Source of the DNA: a virus
DNA length: 64,000 nucleotides
Virus record (IMG/VR): IMGVR_UViG_3300047566_000267
Span: 4,126-68,125 of that record
Reading direction: 5' to 3' (one strand)
Of this stretch, positions 37,578-47,851 are shown in pieces. A program made the translations under genes and the position numbers. Every line of letters starts with the position of its first letter. Position 1 is the first letter of the stretch. The notes under the pieces were generated by a model that did not search any database, was not told where the DNA came from, and saw nothing but the letters and a program-made list of their open reading frames with translations.

Positions 37578-38039
37578 ATGTGTAACTGTTCATCAACACC
37601 GGCTAGTATATGTAATCAGTGTGCTGAGGGGAAAACCTGTGGGTGTCCTCCTGACTATACTGTGTTGCCACAACCTATAGAATGTACTTGCTGTCCGGCA
37701 GGTTATACTTATTATGGTCCAACACCAAACTATCCAAATGGATATTGCCAAGGGTTATCTGCAACTGCTATTATACTACCTACTTGTAATCAGTGTGTGG
37801 ATAGTATGTCTTCAGATTGTGTTCAACTTCCAGCCATAGCTTGTCTGGGCCTTAAAGAAGGCTCAACTGTGACTGATCTTGCCAGACTTTTGTGTACAGA
37901 AGGATTTGTATTGCAGCTTTTACAGACAATTGGTTTATCTACTACTCTTAAGCAAGCTTTCTGTGAAATAGTTTCAGTGTGCCCGGTAGTGGGAACTACT
38001 ACACCTATTATAGGCCCAATAACTGTAACATTACCGTAA
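37578..38039 (+). CDS. Cys-rich structural protein
   Basis: Numerous CxC/CxxC/CC motifs. Confidence 0.65.
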   Translation: MCNCSSTPASICNQCAEGKTCGCPPDYTVLPQPIECTCCPAGYTYYGPTPNYPNGYCQGLSATAIILPTCNQCVDSMSSDCVQLPAIACLGLKEGSTVTDLARLLCTEGFVLQLLQTIGLSTTLKQAFCEIVSVCPVVGTTTPIIGPITVTLP

Positions 38040-38049
38040 AAAAATAACA

Positions 38050-38604
38050 ATGGCTACTTTTCATATACCAATAACTTGTGCTAATACAACCGGTGCCACC
38101 AACTTTAAGGTATCTTATAGGCATGCAGGTACTTCTGTATGGACATCTTACCTTATACCGGCAGCCTCAGGTACTACTACATCTTTTACCGGTGTTAATA
38201 ACTGGATCTATGATATCCAGGTACAAAACCTAAATGGTACTGATAATGCTGTATCTGCTATTTCTCAGTCAATTGGTATTACTGCACCGGGCCTTACTAT
38301 AAGTCCAACAGATACAACTGTTGCATATTCTTTTGATAATCTCAGTGAGGACATGGATACTTATACGGTAACCATAGCCCCGGCAGCTACTCCTGGTACT
38401 ATACTGGCTACTCACATTTTACCTGCTGGTGCTTACCCAGGTACTTTGACAGATACATTTACCGGGTTGAGTGCTTACACATCCTATGTAATTTCTGTTA
38501 CTCCGGATGCTAACCAATTTACAAGTACTTTTACATATACGTTTAACACAACTGAAGGTGTGCTTTGTGCTCCACCTTTAGCTGCAACTGCTTCATTCTC
38601 ATGA
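38050..38604 (+). CDS. fibronectin type III-like virion protein
   Basis: FKVSYR...W...YDIQV and TFTGLSAYTSYVISV. Confidence 0.7.
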   Translation: MATFHIPITCANTTGATNFKVSYRHAGTSVWTSYLIPAASGTTTSFTGVNNWIYDIQVQNLNGTDNAVSAISQSIGITAPGLTISPTDTTVAYSFDNLSEDMDTYTVTIAPAATPGTILATHILPAGAYPGTLTDTFTGLSAYTSYVISVTPDANQFTSTFTYTFNTTEGVLCAPPLAATASFS

Positions 38605-39524
38605 ACTTAGATATATCTTGGGTAGCTCCGGCAATACCACCTACATGTGGCTATAAACTTCAGTACAGAAAAAACCTGGATACTTTTTATACTCCTATAA
38701 CTGGTTCTTCCGGGGATACTAGCACTACAGTCCTTATCAGTGCACCTGCCTGTTACGAAGGATCTGTAACTTCTGATTGTTGTACAGACCTTGTTTCCGG
38801 TGCTGTGCCTTTTGGTGTAAATGCTTATTCTGCATTTAGCATAACAGCTGTTAACTCAGACACAGGGCATTTTAATTTGACTGTAAGTTCCACATATAGT
38901 AATACATATGCCACTTTAATAAGTGGTGTTATTAATTATACTATACTATCTGTACCTCATACACAAGCTTTTTCTATAACTTACCCAAGCAATGTAACCT
39001 CAGATACTTTTAGCATAGGTTCAAATGTACCTGGCAATGCTATAGTAACAAGTGTGGGAAGCCTTGTTTACTCTCCTGTATTTAATCATGGTGGTCAACT
39101 TCAACAGTTTGATGCTTTAAATACACCTCCTTATTTTAAATTTTTTGTATCAGGTACTACTATACCTGCTTATAACGGATCACCGGCTTCTTTACCTTCT
39201 TTTATACTGACACAGTTCAATGTTACAGAAGTAGATACATCTGGTAACACACTGGCCGGCACTTTGCTGGTATCTTGGATTCAGCATGAGACTTTTGCAA
39301 GTGGTACAACTGCCCCTTACAATACAGTTACATTTAATATCTATGATGAAACAGATGCTTTTGTTGGGGCTGCAGTAGTTCCTTCTACTCCTTTGGGGTA
39401 TAGGACTGCTTTTATACCACTTACAAAAGCAGTCAATGAACTGTCAGTAACCACAGCTTTTTCTATGAAAGCTTATTGGTCTGATGGTACATTGATAGAC
39501 ACACATACTTTCTACCTTCCTTAA
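38601..39524 (+). CDS. Ig/FN3-like virion protein
   Basis: ISWVAP...GYKLQYRK; ATG at 38601 overlaps the previous stop. Confidence 0.65.
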   Translation: MNLDISWVAPAIPPTCGYKLQYRKNLDTFYTPITGSSGDTSTTVLISAPACYEGSVTSDCCTDLVSGAVPFGVNAYSAFSITAVNSDTGHFNLTVSSTYSNTYATLISGVINYTILSVPHTQAFSITYPSNVTSDTFSIGSNVPGNAIVTSVGSLVYSPVFNHGGQLQQFDALNTPPYFKFFVSGTTIPAYNGSPASLPSFILTQFNVTEVDTSGNTLAGTLLVSWIQHETFASGTTAPYNTVTFNIYDETDAFVGAAVVPSTPLGYRTAFIPLTKAVNELSVTTAFSMKAYWSDGTLIDTHTFYLP

Positions 39525-39680
39525 ATAGCTGGTGTTGTTGGTTCCATCACTGCCAGGGTCTTCTTAAAGAGAAATTAAGTATCTTTAAAGATCCTGTTTT
39601 AAGTATGGATTATAAACATAAAATGTTTATCCTACTTATAACTTTGCACTATGGTAGTTTATAAGTATATTTATACTGTA

Positions 39681-40295
39681 ATGGCAACCACAAGACAGAT
39701 ATTCAAATCAGATCCAAAGGCTCCAAAATTTGCCAAGGGGCTATATAACATTCTTCACGAAAAAAGCTTTTTCAAAAAAATGAAAGAGCAATACCCGGAG
39801 TTGAAAGGTTATTCCTCTGCAGATATAAGTAGAATTATTTGCAACTATAACAAGAGGTTGGCCAAGGAGGTTTTAACTAACAGAAATGGCTTAAAGCTTC
39901 CTGATGGGCTGGGTATTGTGGTAGCCGGGGCCTGTAGTATTTCTAATGAAACTGCAGCAAAAAACATCAATTGGCAGGAATTTCAAAAGACAGGTGTACC
40001 TGTAGTATACCAGAACACAAATACAGAGAACCTGGTTGTAAAAATAAAGTATACCAATGTGCTGGACAGGCACATGTTTGATAACCGGCATCTATGGTGT
40101 TTTGAAGCTGAGAGGGGTCTAACAAGGGCTGTATCTGCAGAATTCAAGAAACCAGATGGCTGGGGCAAATATATAAGGTTTACCACTCGGCAGCACATAG
40201 CTCACCTTTTCCGGAAACCAAAAATACAGAGTACCAAAAAGAAAGAGTGGAACCGGGAGCAGAATTTAAAACAGTATGATGAGTTTGCTTTTTAA
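39681..40295 (+). CDS. IHF-like protein of the crAss tail module
   Basis: GLKLPDGLG...INW motif; TAACTTTG -7 element at 39639-39646. Confidence 0.7.
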   Translation: MATTRQIFKSDPKAPKFAKGLYNILHEKSFFKKMKEQYPELKGYSSADISRIICNYNKRLAKEVLTNRNGLKLPDGLGIVVAGACSISNETAAKNINWQEFQKTGVPVVYQNTNTENLVVKIKYTNVLDRHMFDNRHLWCFEAERGLTRAVSAEFKKPDGWGKYIRFTTRQHIAHLFRKPKIQSTKKKEWNREQNLKQYDEFAF

Positions 40296-40304
40296 CTAAA
40301 GTAT

Positions 40305-40988
40305 ATGAGTAAAACTACAATAGGAGATGTGACCTCAAGATTGAGGGGGCTTTTAAAAGCTGTCAGGCAGGATTCATTTCTGACTGATAGGATGCTTTAC
40401 AGTCTCTATAAGAAGCATGCTGCTTTATCTATTAAAAGGCTGGACCAGACTAAAAGACTGACAGCTTTTGCATCTATTTTTGAAACTCTTGATTTTGTAA
40501 AACTTCAGGAGATGGATAAGGTAGAAGCTGCAGTTTGTGGGGTGGCCCCAAAGAGTTACAGTACTATAAGGAGAACATGCTTGCCTATACCGGTTTTTAA
40601 TGAAGGTATTTACGGCCCTATGATCAGGAGTATCTCTTCATTGGATGGAAGTGAACTAATAAAGCTTACTACACCTGATGAGTACAATCACTTGGCAAAA
40701 AGTAAGAACTTTAGGTATAATAAGCAAAAGTATGCATGGTTCATAAATGATCACCTGTACTTTCCAAATATTGACTGGCCGGCCGTAAGAATAGATGCAA
40801 TGTGTGAAGAGGATATTAGTTCCTTCAAATGCAACTATGACCAGGCTTGTGAACCAAGGCAGTGCCACTCTTTGAATGTACCTGATTTTATACTTTCAGA
40901 AATTGAAGCTGCAGTATTAAAAGACCTTACTTTCCAGCTTCAGGTGCCTGAAGACAATGCACATGATAATGTTAACCAACTAAGATAA
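40305..40988 (+). CDS. tail ring protein (crAss-like)
   Basis: FLTDRMLY...YAWFINDHLYF; position before the tail tube and muzzle genes. Confidence 0.7.
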   Translation: MSKTTIGDVTSRLRGLLKAVRQDSFLTDRMLYSLYKKHAALSIKRLDQTKRLTAFASIFETLDFVKLQEMDKVEAAVCGVAPKSYSTIRRTCLPIPVFNEGIYGPMIRSISSLDGSELIKLTTPDEYNHLAKSKNFRYNKQKYAWFINDHLYFPNIDWPAVRIDAMCEEDISSFKCNYDQACEPRQCHSLNVPDFILSEIEAAVLKDLTFQLQVPEDNAHDNVNQLR

Positions 40989-40989
40989 T

Positions 40990-42543
40990 ATGGCCAGTCC
41001 CACTTTAAAAGAACTGAAATACAGACGGTTTGATGAGTTAATGGATGAAATATACATTGACTTACCTTCTTTTACAAGGGAGGGTATGGTAGAGCCGGGC
41101 CAGCTTGTTAAAGTTGCCCAAAGGGTTAACTATGAGCTTGGTCTTAAGATACATGGTACAAAAGAAACTATTTTGGATATTGAGCATGGTAAAGCCAAGC
41201 TTCCTGCTGACTTCTACATACTTAACTTTGCTACTCTCTGCAACCATTACACAGTTGTAGAATCAGGATTGTTTAATGGAATACACACAGAGACAAAAGT
41301 AACTCCGGTACAGAATCCAAATAGTATACCACAATTAACATCTTGTCCTTGTTGGACTGTAATTTCTGCAGGGGCCCAGTGCCCGGTTACTTATTGTGAT
41401 GGTACTCAGAGTATGGTGTATTTTCCACCAAATGATGATGGTTCCCCAAAAACTACTAAGCTGTGTGCTACTTTTGTTGATGTGGCAAATGCTCATGGTG
41501 GTAGTAGCCAAGTGCCAGGATGTGGTTGTTATACAGTAACAAACTTACTTTCAGGTGCAGGTACTGGTGCTACTATTACTTCATGTATTGATTCTACTAC
41601 TAGTTCTTTTAGCATAGAGGCAGGAAAATCAGTTAATTGTTGTTCTTCAACAGTTCCTGTTGTAAATGGCCCGGCTGGTTCTATATCTGTTGCTTACAAT
41701 CAAGATTGCTATAGTGTAATCCGTAAAGATGGTACTATGGGAGTATCCTGTACACAGGCAACTGCCAATATAACAGCTACTACTTCTTCTTTTTGCTATA
41801 ATGACCCAGACTCAGGTACACTTACCTGTGATAAACCAGAGGTATGTGGATGTGTTACAGTAGAGCCAACTGTTGACTGTGCTGTAGTAGACACAGATCC
41901 TTGGAAGCAGAACAAAGTTTATACCATCTGCAATAATACTCAGCAGGTAAATGTGATAGAGTATCATTCCAATGAAGTAAGAAAGTATGATACCTTTGAG
42001 CATATTTATATGGTGCCTTCTAAAGAAGCATCGTCCTTTTGTGTAAATACCAGATTTGACCGGGCCCCACACAGAGGCTACATAAGAGATGGTTTCTTGT
42101 ATGTTCCTACCATGGAGAATTATGGTGAGTATGGAACAGTAGGTTCCGGAGGGCAGTACATGAATGCCCATGAGTATGAAAGATGTGGAAAGGTATATAT
42201 CTGTTACCTGGGAGCAATGGAAGATGATAATGGTGATCTGCTTGTATTAGATCATCCAAAAATAAATGAGTACTATGAGTGGGCCATAAAAGAAAGAATA
42301 TTTCAAAATATTTACCTGAATGGTGAGCCTGACATGGAAAGAAGACTGCAGCTTGTACAGGCAGAACTCAAAAGTGCAAGAGCACAGGCATTGTCTATTG
42401 CAACTATGCCTGATTTTTACGAGCTTAAAAATACTATAGAGATGAACAGAAAGGCAATGTACTACAAGTATTTGCATCCTTTTAGTTCTCTCTATGCAAA
42501 TACTCCAGGCTGGCCGTGGGCTATTAACTCTGAATATATCTAA
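40990..42543 (+). CDS. tail tubular/ring protein with a Cys-rich insertion
   Basis: IEHGKAKLPADF and GKVYICYLG..EDDNG.L.V.D motifs flanking a Cys-rich segment. Confidence 0.75.
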   Translation: MASPTLKELKYRRFDELMDEIYIDLPSFTREGMVEPGQLVKVAQRVNYELGLKIHGTKETILDIEHGKAKLPADFYILNFATLCNHYTVVESGLFNGIHTETKVTPVQNPNSIPQLTSCPCWTVISAGAQCPVTYCDGTQSMVYFPPNDDGSPKTTKLCATFVDVANAHGGSSQVPGCGCYTVTNLLSGAGTGATITSCIDSTTSSFSIEAGKSVNCCSSTVPVVNGPAGSISVAYNQDCYSVIRKDGTMGVSCTQATANITATTSSFCYNDPDSGTLTCDKPEVCGCVTVEPTVDCAVVDTDPWKQNKVYTICNNTQQVNVIEYHSNEVRKYDTFEHIYMVPSKEASSFCVNTRFDRAPHRGYIRDGFLYVPTMENYGEYGTVGSGGQYMNAHEYERCGKVYICYLGAMEDDNGDLLVLDHPKINEYYEWAIKERIFQNIYLNGEPDMERRLQLVQAELKSARAQALSIATMPDFYELKNTIEMNRKAMYYKYLHPFSSLYANTPGWPWAINSEYI

Positions 42544-45500
42544 TGGCACAAGAACAACAGGGACAACAAAACCAACCTCAGCAACCAGGTACAACCAACA
42601 CTTTTACAGGTGGGATGGTAAAAGATCCTATTGACCTGTTTAAGAAGAATGATACCTATACTCATGCTAGGAACATGACAAACATGCTGGCTGATGGGCA
42701 GTTGTATGGTAAAAGTGCAGAGCCAGCTAACATTACTTCTGTTTCTGTCCCATATACTCCCATAGGGTTTATATATCTGTCTGATGATCAGTGGTTGGTT
42801 TTTAGTACGGACAATACTACTTCAGAAATAGGATTGTTTGATGATGCTAATAATACCTACAGCACATTAATGAATGATGCTGCTACTCTGGCTGCTGGTA
42901 AACCCGGTTTGAACTTTAAAACAAGTAACCTGATTACAGGTGCAGCAAGAAGAGGGTATGATTGTGGGTTTGATGCTTACTGGTCAGATGGTAATTTAAA
43001 CCCGGACAGGACTCTTAACACAGCTACTTGTCCTTGGACTATAGGTTCAATAACTACACCCAAGACTTTTCCTAACCCATGGGTACAAAGTTGTATAGTA
43101 TCTGCAGGCTGCTACATCTGCCACAATACTGATGTAATAGATATTGAACAACTTCGGCTGGCCCCTATAATAAGTACTCCTTGCCTTAAGGTTACTAAAC
43201 ATGCTGGTTTAGGACAATTGCTTAATGGCACCTATCAGGTTTGTATGGCATATGCTATAAACAGTATCAAGTGTACTGATTATGTAGCATTTTCTGATGT
43301 AATCTCATTGTGGAGACATCTTTCCACAGGTAATGCTTTTGACCTGCACATCAATGGTATAGATAGTGACACCAAGGTTCGTTTTACAGAAATGGAGATT
43401 GTTGTTATCTCTATGGTTAACCAGCAGGTGCAAGCTAAGAGACTGGGGATCTATTCCACTAACTTGGAAAAGATTACAATAGATAACATTGATGCTACTC
43501 TGCCAAACATCCCTCTGGAGAAATTACCTATCTCTTCACCTGCTATAGTAAGTAGTGATGCTATTTATAGTATTTCCAATTACCTTACCAGAGTAGGTCC
43601 AAAAGAGAGACCTGATTTTAACTACCAGATCCTAGCAAACAATATCCAGACATGGTGGGTAGCTGTAGAGTATGATGAGGACTACTACCATCTAGGTGGT
43701 GATGAGAATGGTATGAATGTAAGTTTTCTCAGAGGAGAGGTTTACTCATACTATATTAGGTTTGAGTACAATACAGGTGATAAGAGTGCTTCTTACCATA
43801 TACCGGCAAGAAGCACATCAAGTACTGGTAGTCCTACTGTTACTCTTGGTCCTCCCCCTGCTTATCTGGCTCCTGCTGGACAGTTAGGTGGACGGGCTAT
43901 TGCCTATGGCCGGACAGGTGTGTATACTTCTAATGAAAGATATCCTGACCGTTCTCCGGCTGTATGGGGGCCACTTTGTGGAAAGCCTATTATGCACCAT
44001 CAGTTTCCGGATCAAACAACTCCTGCTTATGGTACTACTATTCTTTCCCATTTTAATCCAAATGGTGCACCTGCTTTAGGACAGAAAAATACCATTTCTG
44101 TAATGGGAGTATTCTTTTCCAACATTGCTTCACCTGTAGACAACAATGGTAACCTTATACCTGACATAGTTGGGTATGAGATACTTCGTTCTACAAGAGA
44201 TGGACATGAGAGTATTGTTGCCAAGGGGATGATCAACAACATGAGGACTTATAGTAGTCAAGATAATGGTGTTAAAGATGGGCTTTTCCAGAACTACCCC
44301 TACAATGAAATTCCAGATAGAACTGCTACTCCTCCAAGACTGGATTGGTTTCTTACCAATAAATATGCTAATGTAGAAAAAGGTACAACAGGAAATGGAG
44401 CAAATAGTCAGTTGGAAGGACATAGGGATGACATACTTTCATTCCACTCACCTGATACAACTTTCAACCATCCGTACTTAGGTGCTGGGCAGTTGGAATT
44501 GGTAATGGCTATGGGTGGAGTCAGTAAAGGAATCTTTATACCTCCATATAAGCACCCAATGTTTAAAGTGCTTAGTAACTTTACAAACTGGTTTACTTTA
44601 TTTGTTGACTCTGTATATTTTAGTATACAAGCTGGACAAATTGCATCTATGTTTGTAGGTGGACAAGCTCCAGACTTAAAAGTAAGAGGAACGGAATCTT
44701 TACCATTTAATGCTCCATTATTAGTAACAGTACCTACACCAGACCAAATAAGTGGTACCACAATGACTCCTTCTCCAGGGTCTGTTGCAGCAGGTATTGC
44801 AAATTTGCTAATTATGACACTTTTGGATTTTATTACTTTACCAGCTTTTAATGAACAAATTCTTTCTGTTATAAAAGGACTTATTCCCCCACGGCAGTAT
44901 GCAATGCAGTATAATTCTTTTGGGAATTACGATATACCCATAAATACGGGTGGTATAGTACCTTTCCCTATAGAAGACTACCAGTATGTAAAAGGACAGG
45001 TGCAATCATTCTCTGGTTATACAATTAATAACTTGTACAGGAATGATTATGTGGTTCTTAAATTAAATCAAAATATACCTACTCGTAAGAATGATAGAAG
45101 TAGGTACAACTTAGGCCCAAATGGTTCTGCACCAATTAATAAATGGCATACTTCTCACCAGTTGCAAAATGCACCGGTTACTAATAATACTATTGATTCT
45201 TACTATGCTGTATACAGAACTCCACAAAGTTCTCAGTATGGACAGGTAGATAGCACCAAGCAGGTGCCTATAGGGTGTGTACAAAAAATAACTCCTTCTG
45301 CTACTCAGTTTTATACTTCACCTGTACTTTTTGGTGGAGACACATACATCAATCGGTACACAGAGAAGAACCCATTTATGTTTTTCAATGACTGGTTGGT
45401 AGATGCACCTGAGGACTTTAAATATGACTACAGGGATTACATCAATGTACCTTACCCAATGTTTTGGATAAACAATGATGTTATTAACTACACACTAATA

Positions 45501-47288
45501 GATTTTGCTTCTGATAATAGAAGGCTAGATGGACCAATAAATGTTCCAACTTTTTCTTTTGGGCCTCCTCCTAAAATAAATGGTCTTTTCTATGTAAACA
45601 CCGGTTACTTCTATTTGTTCTATAACGGATGTAGAAACTTCTTTGTAGAGAGCTCTGTCAATGTTGGGTACAGGGAATGGGAAGAACCAATAGCAAAAAG
45701 GTTCTATGACCCATATGCTTCTTCTGATGATTTTATAAACCAGTACTTCCGGGCAGACATTATAAAGAGTGACATCTTCTATAAGTATGACTACTCTCTG
45801 TCAGCAAACAAGTTCATCAATCAATTTATATCCTGGGGCAGTTGTCTCAGAAGAGACTATGACCCTAATCTTGCATACACCTGCTTCTCTTATTATCCAC
45901 GTAGGGTAGCATACTCTTTACCACAGGAAGAGGAACAGATGCAGGATAACTGGAAGATATTTTTACCAAACAACTACAAGGATTTTAATGACCGGGTTTC
46001 TGTCATAAAAGATCTTCATAAAACAGGTGCATTGTTCCTTATGGAGAGTTCTTCACCTATGATGTTTGCCGGTGTAGAAACAATTGCAACTCATAGTAAA
46101 ACAGAATACACTATTGGTACAGGTGCATTGTTTAATCAATCTTTACAATCAATCTTAAATGTTGATGATTCTTATGAGTATGCTTCCTGCCAAAGTAAAC
46201 TAGGAGTTATTAATACTCCTCATGGTGCATTCTGGGTTTCTCAAAAAACAGGAAAACTAATAAACTTAGTAGGAGGGCAAATAGTAGATATTGGGGAGCA
46301 TGCTGGGTTAAAGTACCATCTGTTGAAGTATCTTCCTTCTCAGTTGTTACAGCAGTTTCCTAACTACCCATTACAGGATAATCCTGTAGCCGGGGTAGGG
46401 GTACAACTTATCTATGATAGTGTGCACCAGATATTGTATATCTGTAAGAAAGATTACAAAGCTGTTAATCCAGCCCTGACTTCTTATGTAGGTAACAACT
46501 TTGTTTACAATGATGCTAGAGTGGGTAGACCTATAAAAGTAAGTTTGGAAGACCCTATTTACTTTGACAGTGCATGCTGGACACTTTCTTATGATTGTGT
46601 AAAGAAAGAGTTTATAAGCTGGCATGACTGGCACCCATCTCTTGCTGTGCCTTCTAAGAATCATTTTTCAACTACTCATAGTACATCTGGGCAATTGTGG
46701 AGACACAATAGTACAGTACAATCTTTTGCCAACTTCTATGGACAAAATTATCCAGTAGAGATAGAGTACTTTACCAATACCCAGGTAAATGAGAGTATTA
46801 TCCAGAGTGTTGAGTGGTTACTGGAAAGTTACCAGTATGCTCCAAATGGGGTAGATAAGTTCTTGAACTATGACCAGTCATTTGATTACCTGATGGTTTA
46901 TAATAAAGAGCAAAACAGCACTTTGCAGAACATGCTTCTTAAACCATGGAATAATCCTTATGCTGCTGTAAACTATCCTAACTGGATTGGATCAACAAGA
47001 CAAATCCTGTACCAGAAAGTAGAGAATAAATACCGGGTAAATGACTTCTATGATTATACTGCAGACCGGGGACAGTTTACATTGGCCAATACTCCAATGA
47101 TGACTACTAATCCTGATGGTTATACCTTCAGCACAAATACCGGTTACTTTAACTTATTGAAGCCATGGAACCAACAAAAAAGAATAAGATATACAGGAAC
47201 ACGTATCTTTATGAGGAAAACAAATCTTGGTAAGAATAGCTTGACAATCAGGTATGCTTCAACAAAGAATCAATACTCTGCAAGATGA
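42543..47288 (+). CDS. tail stabilisation (muzzle) protein
   Basis: NTFTGGMVKD...YTHARN start, RGEVYSY, FGGDTYI, WTLSY...FISWHDW. Confidence 0.85.
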   Translation: MAQEQQGQQNQPQQPGTTNTFTGGMVKDPIDLFKKNDTYTHARNMTNMLADGQLYGKSAEPANITSVSVPYTPIGFIYLSDDQWLVFSTDNTTSEIGLFDDANNTYSTLMNDAATLAAGKPGLNFKTSNLITGAARRGYDCGFDAYWSDGNLNPDRTLNTATCPWTIGSITTPKTFPNPWVQSCIVSAGCYICHNTDVIDIEQLRLAPIISTPCLKVTKHAGLGQLLNGTYQVCMAYAINSIKCTDYVAFSDVISLWRHLSTGNAFDLHINGIDSDTKVRFTEMEIVVISMVNQQVQAKRLGIYSTNLEKITIDNIDATLPNIPLEKLPISSPAIVSSDAIYSISNYLTRVGPKERPDFNYQILANNIQTWWVAVEYDEDYYHLGGDENGMNVSFLRGEVYSYYIRFEYNTGDKSASYHIPARSTSSTGSPTVTLGPPPAYLAPAGQLGGRAIAYGRTGVYTSNERYPDRSPAVWGPLCGKPIMHHQFPDQTTPAYGTTILSHFNPNGAPALGQKNTISVMGVFFSNIASPVDNNGNLIPDIVGYEILRSTRDGHESIVAKGMINNMRTYSSQDNGVKDGLFQNYPYNEIPDRTATPPRLDWFLTNKYANVEKGTTGNGANSQLEGHRDDILSFHSPDTTFNHPYLGAGQLELVMAMGGVSKGIFIPPYKHPMFKVLSNFTNWFTLFVDSVYFSIQAGQIASMFVGGQAPDLKVRGTESLPFNAPLLVTVPTPDQISGTTMTPSPGSVAAGIANLLIMTLLDFITLPAFNEQILSVIKGLIPPRQYAMQYNSFGNYDIPINTGGIVPFPIEDYQYVKGQVQSFSGYTINNLYRNDYVVLKLNQNIPTRKNDRSRYNLGPNGSAPINKWHTSHQLQNAPVTNNTIDSYYAVYRTPQSSQYGQVDSTKQVPIGCVQKITPSATQFYTSPVLFGGDTYINRYTEKNPFMFFNDWLVDAPEDFKYDYRDYINVPYPMFWINNDVINYTLIDFASDNRRLDGPINVPTFSFGPPPKINGLFYVNTGYFYLFYNGCRNFFVESSVNVGYREWEEPIAKRFYDPYASSDDFINQYFRADIIKSDIFYKYDYSLSANKFINQFISWGSCLRRDYDPNLAYTCFSYYPRRVAYSLPQEEEQMQDNWKIFLPNNYKDFNDRVSVIKDLHKTGALFLMESSSPMMFAGVETIATHSKTEYTIGTGALFNQSLQSILNVDDSYEYASCQSKLGVINTPHGAFWVSQKTGKLINLVGGQIVDIGEHAGLKYHLLKYLPSQLLQQFPNYPLQDNPVAGVGVQLIYDSVHQILYICKKDYKAVNPALTSYVGNNFVYNDARVGRPIKVSLEDPIYFDSACWTLSYDCVKKEFISWHDWHPSLAVPSKNHFSTTHSTSGQLWRHNSTVQSFANFYGQNYPVEIEYFTNTQVNESIIQSVEWLLESYQYAPNGVDKFLNYDQSFDYLMVYNKEQNSTLQNMLLKPWNNPYAAVNYPNWIGSTRQILYQKVENKYRVNDFYDYTADRGQFTLANTPMMTTNPDGYTFSTNTGYFNLLKPWNQQKRIRYTGTRIFMRKTNLGKNSLTIRYASTKNQYSAR

Positions 47289-47406
47289 TAGAAATCTCTG
47301 TATGTATATATAGGCCGGATATGATTACTCTTGAAGAAGTAGTAATGCTTACAGCCGATTTAATATTAGGTGATAATGAATTAATAGAAAATTAAACATA
47401 AATAAA

Positions 47407-47844
47407 ATGCAACTAAAAAAACCAATGTCTCCAATGTCTACTATGCCAATAAATATGGGTATGGGTGGAGGAATGACACCAGACAGTATAGTAAGCAAGC
47501 TTTTCAATCTGCACAGCAAAGCACATTACTATCACCTGCAGACAACAAGCTTTGCACAACACAACATGCTAGATGCTTTGTATAAAGATCTGGTAGAGGC
47601 AAAAGATGGTATTGCTGAATATTTGCTTGGTGTGCAAGCCCCTAAAAGGTTTGGCCCACTTACAACTGAAACAATTGAACCATTCAGTGAAGAAGCAGTT
47701 GCCAAGATGCTAGATGAAGGTTTTGATTTTACAATGAAACTTTGCAACTATGCTGACCAGAAAGGGCTGGAGCAATTGTGCAATCTGTCATCTGATTTAC
47801 AAGGTAGTTTTTCTAAGGCAAGGTACTTTAACACTTTTAAGTAA
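47407..47844 (+). CDS. ferritin/Dps-like four-helix protein (DUF5856-like)
   Basis: HYYHLQTTSFAQH..LD.LY...DGIAE. Confidence 0.7.
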   Translation: MQLKKPMSPMSTMPINMGMGGGMTPDSIVSKLFNLHSKAHYYHLQTTSFAQHNMLDALYKDLVEAKDGIAEYLLGVQAPKRFGPLTTETIEPFSEEAVAKMLDEGFDFTMKLCNYADQKGLEQLCNLSSDLQGSFSKARYFNTFK

Positions 47845-47851
47845 GTAAACA

